A DNA stretch of 64,000 bases from a virus. Made by a program: the position numbers and the translations under genes. Below the pieces are notes generated by a model. That model had not been told where the DNA came from. It saw nothing but the letters and a program-made list of their open reading frames with translations, and did not search any database. Positions 56,401 to 64,000 of the stretch are shown here, piece after piece (position 1 is the first letter of the stretch; each line of letters begins with the position of its first letter). The stretch lies in IMG/VR virus record IMGVR_UViG_3300022699_000302, positions 96,001-160,000 of that record; one strand, given 5' to 3'.

Positions 56401-59400
56401 GATTCCACTCTTATTTGGAAGGTGCCGGCATCCGTCTCACCAACCGAGACGACACATTGCAGGCTACTCCTTTTACCGACAAGGAGATCCTGAAGCGATC
56501 AAAGGGTCGTATCACGGAACCAGGTGTAGTCCGCACGTCAGGGTTTGACCTGGTCGAGGAAAAGAACGGGTTGTTCGATAAGAAGATCACCGGAGGCTTG
56601 CAGGGCGGACCGGATAAATGGTCTCACATTGAACTGGCCGAACGCATCCTCCACCCGCTTTACGAGAAGCCGGTTCAGGCGGTCACGGGTCTAAAAAAGA
56701 AGGAGTTGGACGGCCTTCTCTCCGGTAAAAAGTTCGTCGATAAGGATGGCAACTTGGTTTCGTCCGATGCAACCAATAATCTAACCGGAGGCGAAGGAGT
56801 CCATCGTCTCCTGTCTAAGATCGACGTCCAAAAGGAACTGAGGTCGTCTCGAGCCCGGTTGGCTACTGCGAACAAGACTGAAAAGCCCAAGTTGTTGAAG
56901 AAGATCAAGTACTTGTCGTCTCTTGATCGGATGAAGTTGAATCCGGCTGAGGCATTCACCAACAAGTATCTTCCGGTGGTCCCTCCGACAGCCCGTCCAA
57001 TTTATGCGATGGATGACGGAAACCTCAATGTAGCCGACCCCAACCACGGTTATCGAGAGGTCCTGTTTATCAATCGTGCTCTCGAGGATCTGAAGAAGCA
57101 CAAGATCGGTAACGAGACTCTAGCGCCGGTCCGGGCAGGGCTCTACAAAGCTACAGCAGGCCTGGTGGGCCTCACCACTCCACTGACCCGAAACGCCAAC
57201 TTCAAGGGGTTCATCTCTACAATCGCGGGTCAACAAAATAAGACCGGTCTATTCCAGTCCAAGGTGGTCAAGCGCACCCAGGACTTATCAGGTCGCTCGA
57301 CCTTGATCGTGGATCCGAAACTCCACATGGATCACATCGGGATTCCGAAGCCGATGGCGAAGAAAGTATTCGCTCCTATGGCTATTCGGAAGATGGTGGT
57401 GTCATACGGCCTGAACCCTGTTGATGCACGAGATGAGCTGCAGAAGCTGACTCCTCGAGCCGAGAAGGCTCTTCAAGACACCATGGCGGAGCGCCCGGTG
57501 ATCCTCAACCGTGCCCCGTCGCTCCACAAGTTCTCGACGGTTTCTGCTATCGGTAAGCTGGTCGACGGCCAGGCTATCCAGATCAACCCCCTGACAGTGG
57601 GAGGCCTAAACGCAGACTTTGATGGAGACACTGCCGCCCTTCACATACCGGTATCAGAGAAGGCCCGTATCGAGTCTTGGAAGAAGCTTCCCTCAAAGAC
57701 TTTGATCTCCCCGAAAGATCTGAAGGTCATCCACGCACCCTCAAAGGAAGCGCTGTTCGGGTTGTACTACATGACTAAGCCAGTAAAAGGAAAAGCGACT
57801 CCGGTTAAAGATGCTCAGGACGTTTTGAAGCAGCTCAAAGAGCGAAAGATCGACGTCAATTCCCCGATCAAGTACAAAGGGAAAACGTGGACTCCTGGCC
57901 ACTTCATGATCAACTCAGTACTGCCGGATAAGTACAAGATTAACCACGAACCATTCACCGGCGGCAAGATCAAATCAGTGATTAATGATATGGCCCGATC
58001 TCATCCCAAGCAGGTCGGTGATGTGATCACGAAGCTCAAGGACTTTGGGTTTGATCACGCTTCGAAGCTAGGCTTCTCGGTAGGTCTGGATGACCTCGAT
58101 AATCCCCAGATCGACAAACTCAACAAGTCGATTCTTCCGAAGATCATGCAGCGGGCTAAGAAGAAGGATCCCGTCGAAGCGATCATTTGGGGGTCCGATA
58201 AAGCCGAAAAGGCAATGGACAAACTCAAAGACAACCGGTTCGCTGAACTGACTTACCTCAGCGGAGCCGGAGGCAAGTATAAGGGCAACGTACAGCAAAT
58301 GGTCATGGCCCCGATTGGAGTAAAAGACACTAAGGGAGCTGCCGTACCGATTCCGATTACTCGAGGTTATGCTCGAGGAATGGATATGGGTTCCTATTGG
58401 GCAACTCTTCCCGGCATGCGTAAAGGCCTGGCGGATCGTGCAATCTCAACAGCAGACACCGGTGCTTTTGCTAAAGAACTGAACAATACTACTATTGGTT
58501 TGAGGATCGGTGGAGAGGATTGCAAGACCACGAACGGGATTGAGCTGCCCGTCAACCACAGCGATCTAGCCGGTCGATTCATTGCTGACGGTTCATTCAA
58601 AGGAAAGTTAGCGTCCCCTGATATCTTGAAGCAAATGCGAGGCAAGGGGGTGAAAACCGTCAAGGTCCGCTCGCCGGCCACCTGTGCACTCAAAACCGGA
58701 GTTTGTGCGAAGTGCATGGGAACCAACGAATCGGGCAGTCTCTACAACAAGGGATTTCATATCGGAGCTTTGGTCGGAACAACGATCTCCGAGCCCCTGA
58801 CCCAGATGGTGATGCGCACGTTCCATACCGGAGCGAAGATTGGTGGTGGCGAGGTTGGCTATCGGAGGATCAATCAGATCTTCAACATGCCGAAGAATAT
58901 TCGTGGCAAGGCCCCCTTGTCGACTCAGGCCGGTAAAGTCGAAGATATCCTTGAGACTGATCGTGGTGGCTGGGAAGTCACTGTTGGAGGAGCAAAACAT
59001 TTCGTACCGACTGAGCTTAAGTTGAGAGTGAAGAAAGGACAGAAAATCAAGGCCGGTGACCAGCTGTCCCAACACGGTGTCGTTCATCCTCGCGAGCTCG
59101 CGAATTACAAGGGGATCGATAAAGCTCGAGATCTCCTTCTGACCGACATCGAGAAAGAAATGAAGGCTTCGGGTCAGAATGTTCGCCGGCGTATCTACGA
59201 AGCGGCCGTGAGGCCTCTTATCGACAAAGCGTTAGTAACTAACCCTGGTGATGCCGAAGCGAAATATCATGTACAACCCGGAGATGTGGTCTCTTCTAAC
59301 CACATCCCTGAGATGAACAAGGGACTCAAACGTCCTCTGCAGGCCGAACCTCACTTGATGTCGATCAAGGAAGTTCCCTTCACGAGAGAAGACTTTATCG

Positions 59401-59576
59401 GCCCGCTGATGTTCCAGAGGATCCCGAGAACTCTAACTAGAGCTCCGGCATATGGGACGAAGACCAAACTCAAGGGAATGGACTCTCACCCTGTTGTCGA
59501 GTATGTATATAACAAGATGGCAGGCGAAGAACCGAAGTACCCCGTGATCATCTGGGATGACGATGTGGCCGAATAG
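53472..59576 (+). CDS. rpoBC: DNA-directed RNA polymerase, fused beta-beta' single polypeptide
   Basis: beta motifs QLRRRPG, HPTHLGFIDP, GARMLMAGRHLEQAV, GHNFEDGIVISE, GDKLSSRAGSKG, NPYGLPGRMN, QSIGPLE; beta' motifs LPVVPPTARP, DLSGRS, LNRAPSLH, NADFDGD, TADTG, RSPATC...CAKC, SEPLTQMVMRTFHTG. Confidence 0.95.
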   Translation: MLSIEEQFQSLLDNVKGQVSDFFPIEGRKRILRAKNIRMDKADPGRMLAWNQIQKAKDNEGSFLSMVRGDLELVDKNTGKVVENKKNQVLAHVPHMTGLNSFVVNGKDLQVINQLRRRPGIYPSYTSDDNVQSRITSTGANYDVILNRKTGEYLMKVGTSNLKLVPFLKDLGVPEKKIIRAIGKDAYDQNINVSSNRDELKRFWDKVRSKPAPEDRKELIKEVNNFLESKPLDADVTQTTIDTPHKNISANAIVDATRAVREVANGKRLPADMESLVFKSIHSVEDFVGDRLKKSIPGIKARMKFQVDEKSKIKDMFGPMLLSKPILSEFTMSEFTRYSDQNNPLDVLGTSQGVTVMGEGGISTVHQVPEDVRNIHPTHLGFIDPLHTAEDIKIGLSNHLTEGVLKRGNQMYRRVWDAKKKKMTVKSPVELSRSVVAFPDQFKPDDPKRPKAFKPINKTVMAINKGTFDKVSSRKVDYVLPTTQSPFSFVTNAVPFMHSNSGARMLMAGRHLEQAVSLTDREAPLVQSEYHGVPYDKAIGNAMLTAADKPGVVTKVKPGVISIRHEGERKSTKYEIPDHYPLNSETYMTETPLVKVGDKVKKGQRLTESNFSKNGDLALGKNLTTAFIPWKGHNFEDGIVISENAAQKLTSEHKHEMRVEKDRNVKIGKKYLFAQFPDMKEHWDSDRKDDLPKPGDTIKPGQIIIPAIQEQKLGPQTEYSRIHKALHKPYKDASVRWRELTDGKVVRVVKNPNFVKVFVKTKEPMQVGDKLSSRAGSKGIVTKIVPDNEMPRNEEGEVVDVLFNPYGLPGRMNPGLMFEASMGKVSKKTGKPTVVQNFNNVDSQVKWVKSQLKKHGLKDTETIDDPTHNRQHKNILSGPVHWLKLKHQVRNKLSARGHADGYTIDGRPAKGGVDEEDISTSAQSIGPLELYSLMAGGHTEFLKDASGIKSNQNVDFWNAYQTGQPTPEPVVPTVLDRFHSYLEGAGIRLTNRDDTLQATPFTDKEILKRSKGRITEPGVVRTSGFDLVEEKNGLFDKKITGGLQGGPDKWSHIELAERILHPLYEKPVQAVTGLKKKELDGLLSGKKFVDKDGNLVSSDATNNLTGGEGVHRLLSKIDVQKELRSSRARLATANKTEKPKLLKKIKYLSSLDRMKLNPAEAFTNKYLPVVPPTARPIYAMDDGNLNVADPNHGYREVLFINRALEDLKKHKIGNETLAPVRAGLYKATAGLVGLTTPLTRNANFKGFISTIAGQQNKTGLFQSKVVKRTQDLSGRSTLIVDPKLHMDHIGIPKPMAKKVFAPMAIRKMVVSYGLNPVDARDELQKLTPRAEKALQDTMAERPVILNRAPSLHKFSTVSAIGKLVDGQAIQINPLTVGGLNADFDGDTAALHIPVSEKARIESWKKLPSKTLISPKDLKVIHAPSKEALFGLYYMTKPVKGKATPVKDAQDVLKQLKERKIDVNSPIKYKGKTWTPGHFMINSVLPDKYKINHEPFTGGKIKSVINDMARSHPKQVGDVITKLKDFGFDHASKLGFSVGLDDLDNPQIDKLNKSILPKIMQRAKKKDPVEAIIWGSDKAEKAMDKLKDNRFAELTYLSGAGGKYKGNVQQMVMAPIGVKDTKGAAVPIPITRGYARGMDMGSYWATLPGMRKGLADRAISTADTGAFAKELNNTTIGLRIGGEDCKTTNGIELPVNHSDLAGRFIADGSFKGKLASPDILKQMRGKGVKTVKVRSPATCALKTGVCAKCMGTNESGSLYNKGFHIGALVGTTISEPLTQMVMRTFHTGAKIGGGEVGYRRINQIFNMPKNIRGKAPLSTQAGKVEDILETDRGGWEVTVGGAKHFVPTELKLRVKKGQKIKAGDQLSQHGVVHPRELANYKGIDKARDLLLTDIEKEMKASGQNVRRRIYEAAVRPLIDKALVTNPGDAEAKYHVQPGDVVSSNHIPEMNKGLKRPLQAEPHLMSIKEVPFTREDFIGPLMFQRIPRTLTRAPAYGTKTKLKGMDSHPVVEYVYNKMAGEEPKYPVIIWDDDVAE

Positions 59577-59595
59577 CCCGGCAACCAACCAAAGC

Positions 59596-60735
59596 ATGCA
59601 GTTCGATACCGGAACGGTCATCGAGTATGTACGAGATCGGGACGTTCATCAAGTCCGTCTGGATCGGGGGTTGGTTATCGAAGCTCGCGCTCTCGATCTC
59701 GGCGTTCTCCGCGCTATCCGTAGGGATCAGAAAGTAGTTGTGTTCCGGGCCCCCACAATGCAGTGGGCTATCCTTGGGTCACTTCCTGTTCCCAATAAGC
59801 ATGTATCAGGCGATCCTGAGATCGATGACCTCTACGCCCGGCAACCGGATTCCGCCCCCGAGGGGGAGGCCACGTACCGTCTTCCCGGGCGAGAGGTTCT
59901 CGGTCCTGACGATAAAGAGATTGAAGCCAGATCAGATACATCTTTCGCCAGGATGCTCCTATTCTCTGCTGGTGGTGTTGTATCTGAAGCGGGGAAATTC
60001 TGCTTCCGCTATATGAACGGTATCCGTCGGCGCATTACTGAATTTTGCTATCACTTTCTGGTCAAGATTCCCGGTATTACCGTCTCAGCTAAAACTGATG
60101 ACGAGAACAAAACAGCTCAGACATCGATTTCGATCAAGCCGTCATTGACCCAGGGAGTTTCGGAAACGAACAACCTCAAACTCGTGATGGGGGCGGATGC
60201 CATTAATGCTGCAGACACTGCGCCCAACGTCACTCAGAAAGGGCAGGGCGGCGAGCTTGAATCCGCGTCATCCGGTAACCCCGGGATTGGTCTTGAGCTG
60301 GGCGAATTCATAAAAATGTTGGCGTCGGCTCAAAGCGGCAAGGTCCGCGTAGCCGTCGGAGAGGCCAACAGCGTCGAAATCGACACGACACAGCTCCTAG
60401 CACAGATTACTGAAGCACAGATTCAGATGTCCTCAGAAGGTATTACACTGCAAACCGGGGAAGAAACCATCACGCTCGGCCTATCTGAGCTACTTTTGAC
60501 TGTGTCAGCACTTACAATGACTATAACGGGTGCAGCCAATATTACGGCTAGCACGATTGCGTTGAACGGGACGACTACGATCGAGAATTATCGATTCCTG
60601 GTTGATCTCATCAATAAGTTGAACGAGGAGTGGGTAACTGTCTTCAACGGGCACATCCATACCGCCGGACCGATTCCGACGACTGGACCCAGCGGAGCCT
60701 TCACTCCCATTGTACCGACCGGAGCTGGAACATAA
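59596..60735 (+). CDS. baseplate central spike (gpV/gp5-like)
   Basis: N-terminal OB-fold pattern, beta-helix repeats (QIQMSSEGITLQ), C-terminal FNGHIH metal-binding apex. Confidence 0.75.
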   Translation: MQFDTGTVIEYVRDRDVHQVRLDRGLVIEARALDLGVLRAIRRDQKVVVFRAPTMQWAILGSLPVPNKHVSGDPEIDDLYARQPDSAPEGEATYRLPGREVLGPDDKEIEARSDTSFARMLLFSAGGVVSEAGKFCFRYMNGIRRRITEFCYHFLVKIPGITVSAKTDDENKTAQTSISIKPSLTQGVSETNNLKLVMGADAINAADTAPNVTQKGQGGELESASSGNPGIGLELGEFIKMLASAQSGKVRVAVGEANSVEIDTTQLLAQITEAQIQMSSEGITLQTGEETITLGLSELLLTVSALTMTITGAANITASTIALNGTTTIENYRFLVDLINKLNEEWVTVFNGHIHTAGPIPTTGPSGAFTPIVPTGAGT

Positions 60736-60737
60736 CG

Positions 60738-62483
60738 ATGAACGACCTCTTTCTTGACCTACCCGCAGAACAGTTCGAGAAGGGTGCCGATACTCGCCTC
60801 CCCGCTGATATGTCTCAGTGGGATCATGCAATTCTGAATTCTTTGGCGGAGCAGCATCCCTACATCCCTCTCGAAGATTATCGACTGGTGATGAATGCCA
60901 AAGATGCCGAGATGCGTAATGCTGTCGGCAATATCGTAATCAAAGAAGGTGTTCAGATCCCTGTCCTTGTTGAGCAGGGAAGGCTCAAGCCGTTCGATAT
61001 GTTCCTCAAGGAAGGCAAGTACTACACGATGAACTCGGACGAGCTTCGTCAGGTACTGCACTCTCCTTCATTTGGTGAGCCCATTCCTCCGGGACAGGGT
61101 GAAATCGCTGACGTCTTCCTGACTCATACTCGCCCCCCGTTCGACGGCAAATACACTTTTGCCGCGATGATCGGAGACAAGGCTTCCTACGAGGATGCTT
61201 TTACCACGGTCTACAACAAGGAAGGCGAAGAGTACCTCGAGAATGACCCAATACTTCAGGACATCCTAGGGGAAGCCGGTAGTTTCCCGGTCGAGGGAAT
61301 TGAGTATCAAGCCAAAACAGCTTCGATCGTGAAGTCTGCTGCTGTTCCGATTCAGACCGATGAATTTGAGCCGATCGACAAGACCGGATCTTTCAAAGTT
61401 CAGGGCCAGAACGGCAAAATCTATCGCGGATGGCACTTCTCAACTATCGATAAGGGAAACCTGTTTGTTCCGTTTTCCAAGCACGCTTATGATTATCGGT
61501 TCGGCAAAGAGGCCGAGACGCCGATGGGCGGTATCGAGGAGACTACTGGCAAGCTTCCCGATGATGAAGTCGGTCACCATGGAGCTTGGGTCTGGACGGA
61601 TAAATACGGCGGTTTGCGCTCTACCTCTCCTGTGGAGATTGAAAGGGATTTTGGTAAAGACAAATACGCCGTGAAGAACTCTTTCGGTTCACAACTTTTG
61701 ATCCAGAAAGATGCTAGTTTTCAGGACGGTACGAAAGTCGGGTCCGACATTTTCTTGCCGGAGAGCGCGACATTCATGCGTCTCAACCCCAAGTCCTTGA
61801 AGATTCGGGAAGCGGAGAAGCGTAGTGCTCTGTTCGAAGATCCGTTCATGTCGGTTCTTAAGGTCGATGACGGGCAGTACCGGGTCGAGCTGCAGGATCG
61901 TTACAAAGAAGCCTTGGATACTGAGCTGCCGGAAAGTCTTACCGAGAAGCAGGCCGCGAAATTCCTCAGTGAGTTCTATGAGCCGGAATCAGTGAAAACG
62001 GTTCTTGCCTCTTGCAAGCGTCGTAGTGCTGTATTCCTCAAGGCTCCGATGGTGGAGAAGCGTGCGGGTGTTGATGAGAAAAAGCTGGCTAAAACAATCG
62101 AGGAGATAACGCCTCGTATCCAGAAAAATGCCCGCGTTGCTCTGAAGGCCACCATGCAGATCCGTAATGTTCCTGATCTGTCAGATCTCAAGCTGTTTGA
62201 CTTCAGCAAAGCTGCGGCAGATTTTGCCGATGAGGAGATGCCCAATACTTTGGACACTGCTCTGGGCTTGAATATCTTGACGGATGAGAACATCTTGAAG
62301 TATGTTGAGTTTATTGACTTGCTGGACTCGGCCCGGCAAGTTTGTCTGAAGCTCTTGTTAGCTTCTCGTCTTGGTCTTCCGATCGATGACGGCGCCGCTC
62401 GCTCCGCTGCATACGCTCTTGATGCAGTGATTTCCGACCTCCGCCGCCTCCGGACCGTGTACGCCGAGGAGTCGGTGGTGTAG
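60738..62483 (+). CDS. hypothetical phage protein with K-x-A motifs
   Basis: 581 aa from ATG 60738; EKGA, KTAS, KSAA, EKRS, EKRA, KAAA. Confidence 0.6.
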   Translation: MNDLFLDLPAEQFEKGADTRLPADMSQWDHAILNSLAEQHPYIPLEDYRLVMNAKDAEMRNAVGNIVIKEGVQIPVLVEQGRLKPFDMFLKEGKYYTMNSDELRQVLHSPSFGEPIPPGQGEIADVFLTHTRPPFDGKYTFAAMIGDKASYEDAFTTVYNKEGEEYLENDPILQDILGEAGSFPVEGIEYQAKTASIVKSAAVPIQTDEFEPIDKTGSFKVQGQNGKIYRGWHFSTIDKGNLFVPFSKHAYDYRFGKEAETPMGGIEETTGKLPDDEVGHHGAWVWTDKYGGLRSTSPVEIERDFGKDKYAVKNSFGSQLLIQKDASFQDGTKVGSDIFLPESATFMRLNPKSLKIREAEKRSALFEDPFMSVLKVDDGQYRVELQDRYKEALDTELPESLTEKQAAKFLSEFYEPESVKTVLASCKRRSAVFLKAPMVEKRAGVDEKKLAKTIEEITPRIQKNARVALKATMQIRNVPDLSDLKLFDFSKAAADFADEEMPNTLDTALGLNILTDENILKYVEFIDLLDSARQVCLKLLLASRLGLPIDDGAARSAAYALDAVISDLRRLRTVYAEESVV

Positions 62484-62485
62484 GA

Positions 62486-63631
62486 ATGTCAGTGAAGTGG
62501 TTGTCGCGACAGGCCATCCTGTCCGATTACAATCTCGCTGAAGACAGTCTCGATCATCTCACCGACCTTGAACTCTTCATTCCTGAAGAGAATAAGGTTG
62601 TCAGAGGTGTTCGCCACTTCCGTATTGATCCGCTCCAGGAAGATATCCTTCAACTAGGTGCCTTGCACTACTCCTCGATGAAAAACGGAAAGCGTCCCCT
62701 CTTTCCGTATCAGAAGATCTTGGTGTTCTATCTGTTGACCATAGGGCCCAAGCAGACCTACGACATCTTGCGGAATCGTTTGTTCATCACGTCGGAGCGT
62801 CCTACCCAGACCTACCTCAAGAATTGGCTGACAGAGATGGTGAAGAGGGCCCCTGATAAGATTAAAGCATGGATCAAAGGGGAACAGACTGAGCCGGATG
62901 ACAATAACCGAATGCTGGTCGATAACTTGCTTGTTTTGCTGGACATCGAAGATCTTTTCGAAGATCCCGATTTGGCGGATCTTCCTTTGATCTACGGAAA
63001 CGGGGTCGTTCGCAGATCAATCGAGTCCATGCTGGTGACTGATGCTCAGTACGCTCAGATCCGAAAGGTGCTGGAGAGGGTTCACGAGCTCGACATCACG
63101 CTTGAAGATCTGAAGCTGTACCATCGATTCTATTTCGAGTACGACTTGCTGACTCCTGAGGAATTGATCAAGCATGTCGAGACGTACGGGGCGACCCAGT
63201 ACACCGCGCTCATCAAGAAGAGCTATAATAAGTCGTTCAATGAGTATGTCCGAGAAAGGCGGTTACCTTTTCTGGTTGAAACTTCAGACATGCTTGATGA
63301 CATGATTTCTATTGAGCAGCATCATTACCAGAAATACGCCACTGCCGGAGTAAGTGTCGAAGACTCGAGGAAGCGTACCATTGCGATCAATAACACGCTT
63401 TCTCTGATTGAGGCGAAGAAAGCAGTTCAGGTTGATGATGGTGTTTCCGAAATGGACCGCTTAATGCTCGAGTTTGAGGAAGCCCCGCCTCAAGAAATGA
63501 AACTACTCAAACGAGAAGACATGAACCCGGGCGAAATCGATAGCAAGGAAGTGGTCCAAGGCGCCGGCATGTGGACCTCGGCCGAGGAGATCGAGGATGG
63601 TATCAAACGCGACAGCGGAACCGGCTCCTAA
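62486..63631 (+). CDS. hypothetical protein, possible terminase small subunit
   Basis: Helical 381 aa, overlaps the start of terminase large subunit; function by position only. Confidence 0.4.
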   Translation: MSVKWLSRQAILSDYNLAEDSLDHLTDLELFIPEENKVVRGVRHFRIDPLQEDILQLGALHYSSMKNGKRPLFPYQKILVFYLLTIGPKQTYDILRNRLFITSERPTQTYLKNWLTEMVKRAPDKIKAWIKGEQTEPDDNNRMLVDNLLVLLDIEDLFEDPDLADLPLIYGNGVVRRSIESMLVTDAQYAQIRKVLERVHELDITLEDLKLYHRFYFEYDLLTPEELIKHVETYGATQYTALIKKSYNKSFNEYVRERRLPFLVETSDMLDDMISIEQHHYQKYATAGVSVEDSRKRTIAINNTLSLIEAKKAVQVDDGVSEMDRLMLEFEEAPPQEMKLLKREDMNPGEIDSKEVVQGAGMWTSAEEIEDGIKRDSGTGS

Positions 63632-64000
63632 AAAGGTCTATCGGTCCGACGCCTTCCCAGTCATCATTCACATCCGAGAAGGGCTCAAGTACAACATTAC
63701 GGATCGACCCTACATGAAGGAGATCCTCGAGCACCGGTCTGAATACACCACCTGGAAGTGTGGTCGTCAGGTCGGTAAGTCGGTCAACCTCGGTGGCGAC
63801 TCTGCTATTGAAGGGGCCATACATCCCGGCTTAGGGCAACTCTACGTGGCCCCTCGCGGTGAGCAGTCCCAGACATTTAGCCGAATGGTCTTTGCTCCGA
63901 TGTGCAAGTACAGCCCGTTCCTTCAGAAGTTTATACCGAAAGGGAAAGACGCGGTCTGGCAGATCGGTACTCGAGAGTTTACCAACGGCTCTTATTTTTA
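63597..64000 (+). CDS. terL: terminase large subunit, N-terminal ATPase (3'-truncated)
   Basis: Hand translation: DRPYMKEI...KCGRQVGKS (Walker A)...LYVAPRGEQSQTFS...REFTNGSYF. Confidence 0.88.
   Translation, partial: MVSNATAEPAPKKVYRSDAFPVIIHIREGLKYNITDRPYMKEILEHRSEYTTWKCGRQVGKSVNLGGDSAIEGAIHPGLGQLYVAPRGEQSQTFSRMVFAPMCKYSPFLQKFIPKGKDAVWQIGTREFTNGSYF

Noticed and set aside
53472-59576. Intein or intron in the RNA polymerase
   Set aside because: The ORF is continuous and compact; no intein N-terminal C/S block, His-Asn terminus or LAGLIDADG motif was recognised.
9867-63824. Numerous antisense ORFs in the track, such as 9867..10490, 14174..14515, 48383..48961, 52549..53007, 54609..55208
   Set aside because: They shadow long, motif-bearing genes on the other strand and have no RBS or recognisable domains.
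1-64000. Genome-wide TAG reassignment, suggested by the suppressor tRNA
   Set aside because: Long ORFs (up to 2034 aa) have no internal TAG, and many genes end in TAG right before the next start (2781, 12331, 14878, 17017, 62483). Only pth2 needs read-through.
63900-64000. Frameshift in the terminase gene
   Set aside because: Careful reading keeps the frame from ATG 63597 to the edge (KFIPKGKDAVWQIGTREFTNGSYF).
1-64000. CRISPR array or rRNA
   Set aside because: No regularly spaced direct repeats or rRNA-like sequence; the 23-bp palindrome is dispersed, not arrayed.

Overview
The window is a gene-dense segment of a large tailed (myovirus-like, probably jumbo) bacteriophage genome read in the standard code. 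Morphogenesis genes lie on the + strand: gp25-like and baseplate-J-like wedge proteins, several tail-fibre and Ig-domain proteins, portal, gpV-type spike and the start of the terminase large subunit. The phage carries its own transcription machinery: a 2034-aa single-chain fused beta/beta' RNA polymerase lacking the beta' zinc-binding domain, and a sigma70-family factor. It also encodes a LigD-phosphoesterase/ATP-dependent ligase fusion. Accessory genes on the - strand (3.1-9.0 kb, 24.5-28.8 kb) are repeatedly preceded by a conserved GGCCTAAGA promoter-like motif. The most striking element is a compact translation operon at 26.65-27.40 kb. A Pth2-type peptidyl-tRNA hydrolase gene, missed by the ORF track, has an in-frame amber codon near its start. 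It is followed 5 bp downstream by an amber-suppressor tRNA(CUA) and two more tRNA-like genes with aberrant anticodon arms. All family assignments come from motif recognition by eye; no database searches were run.
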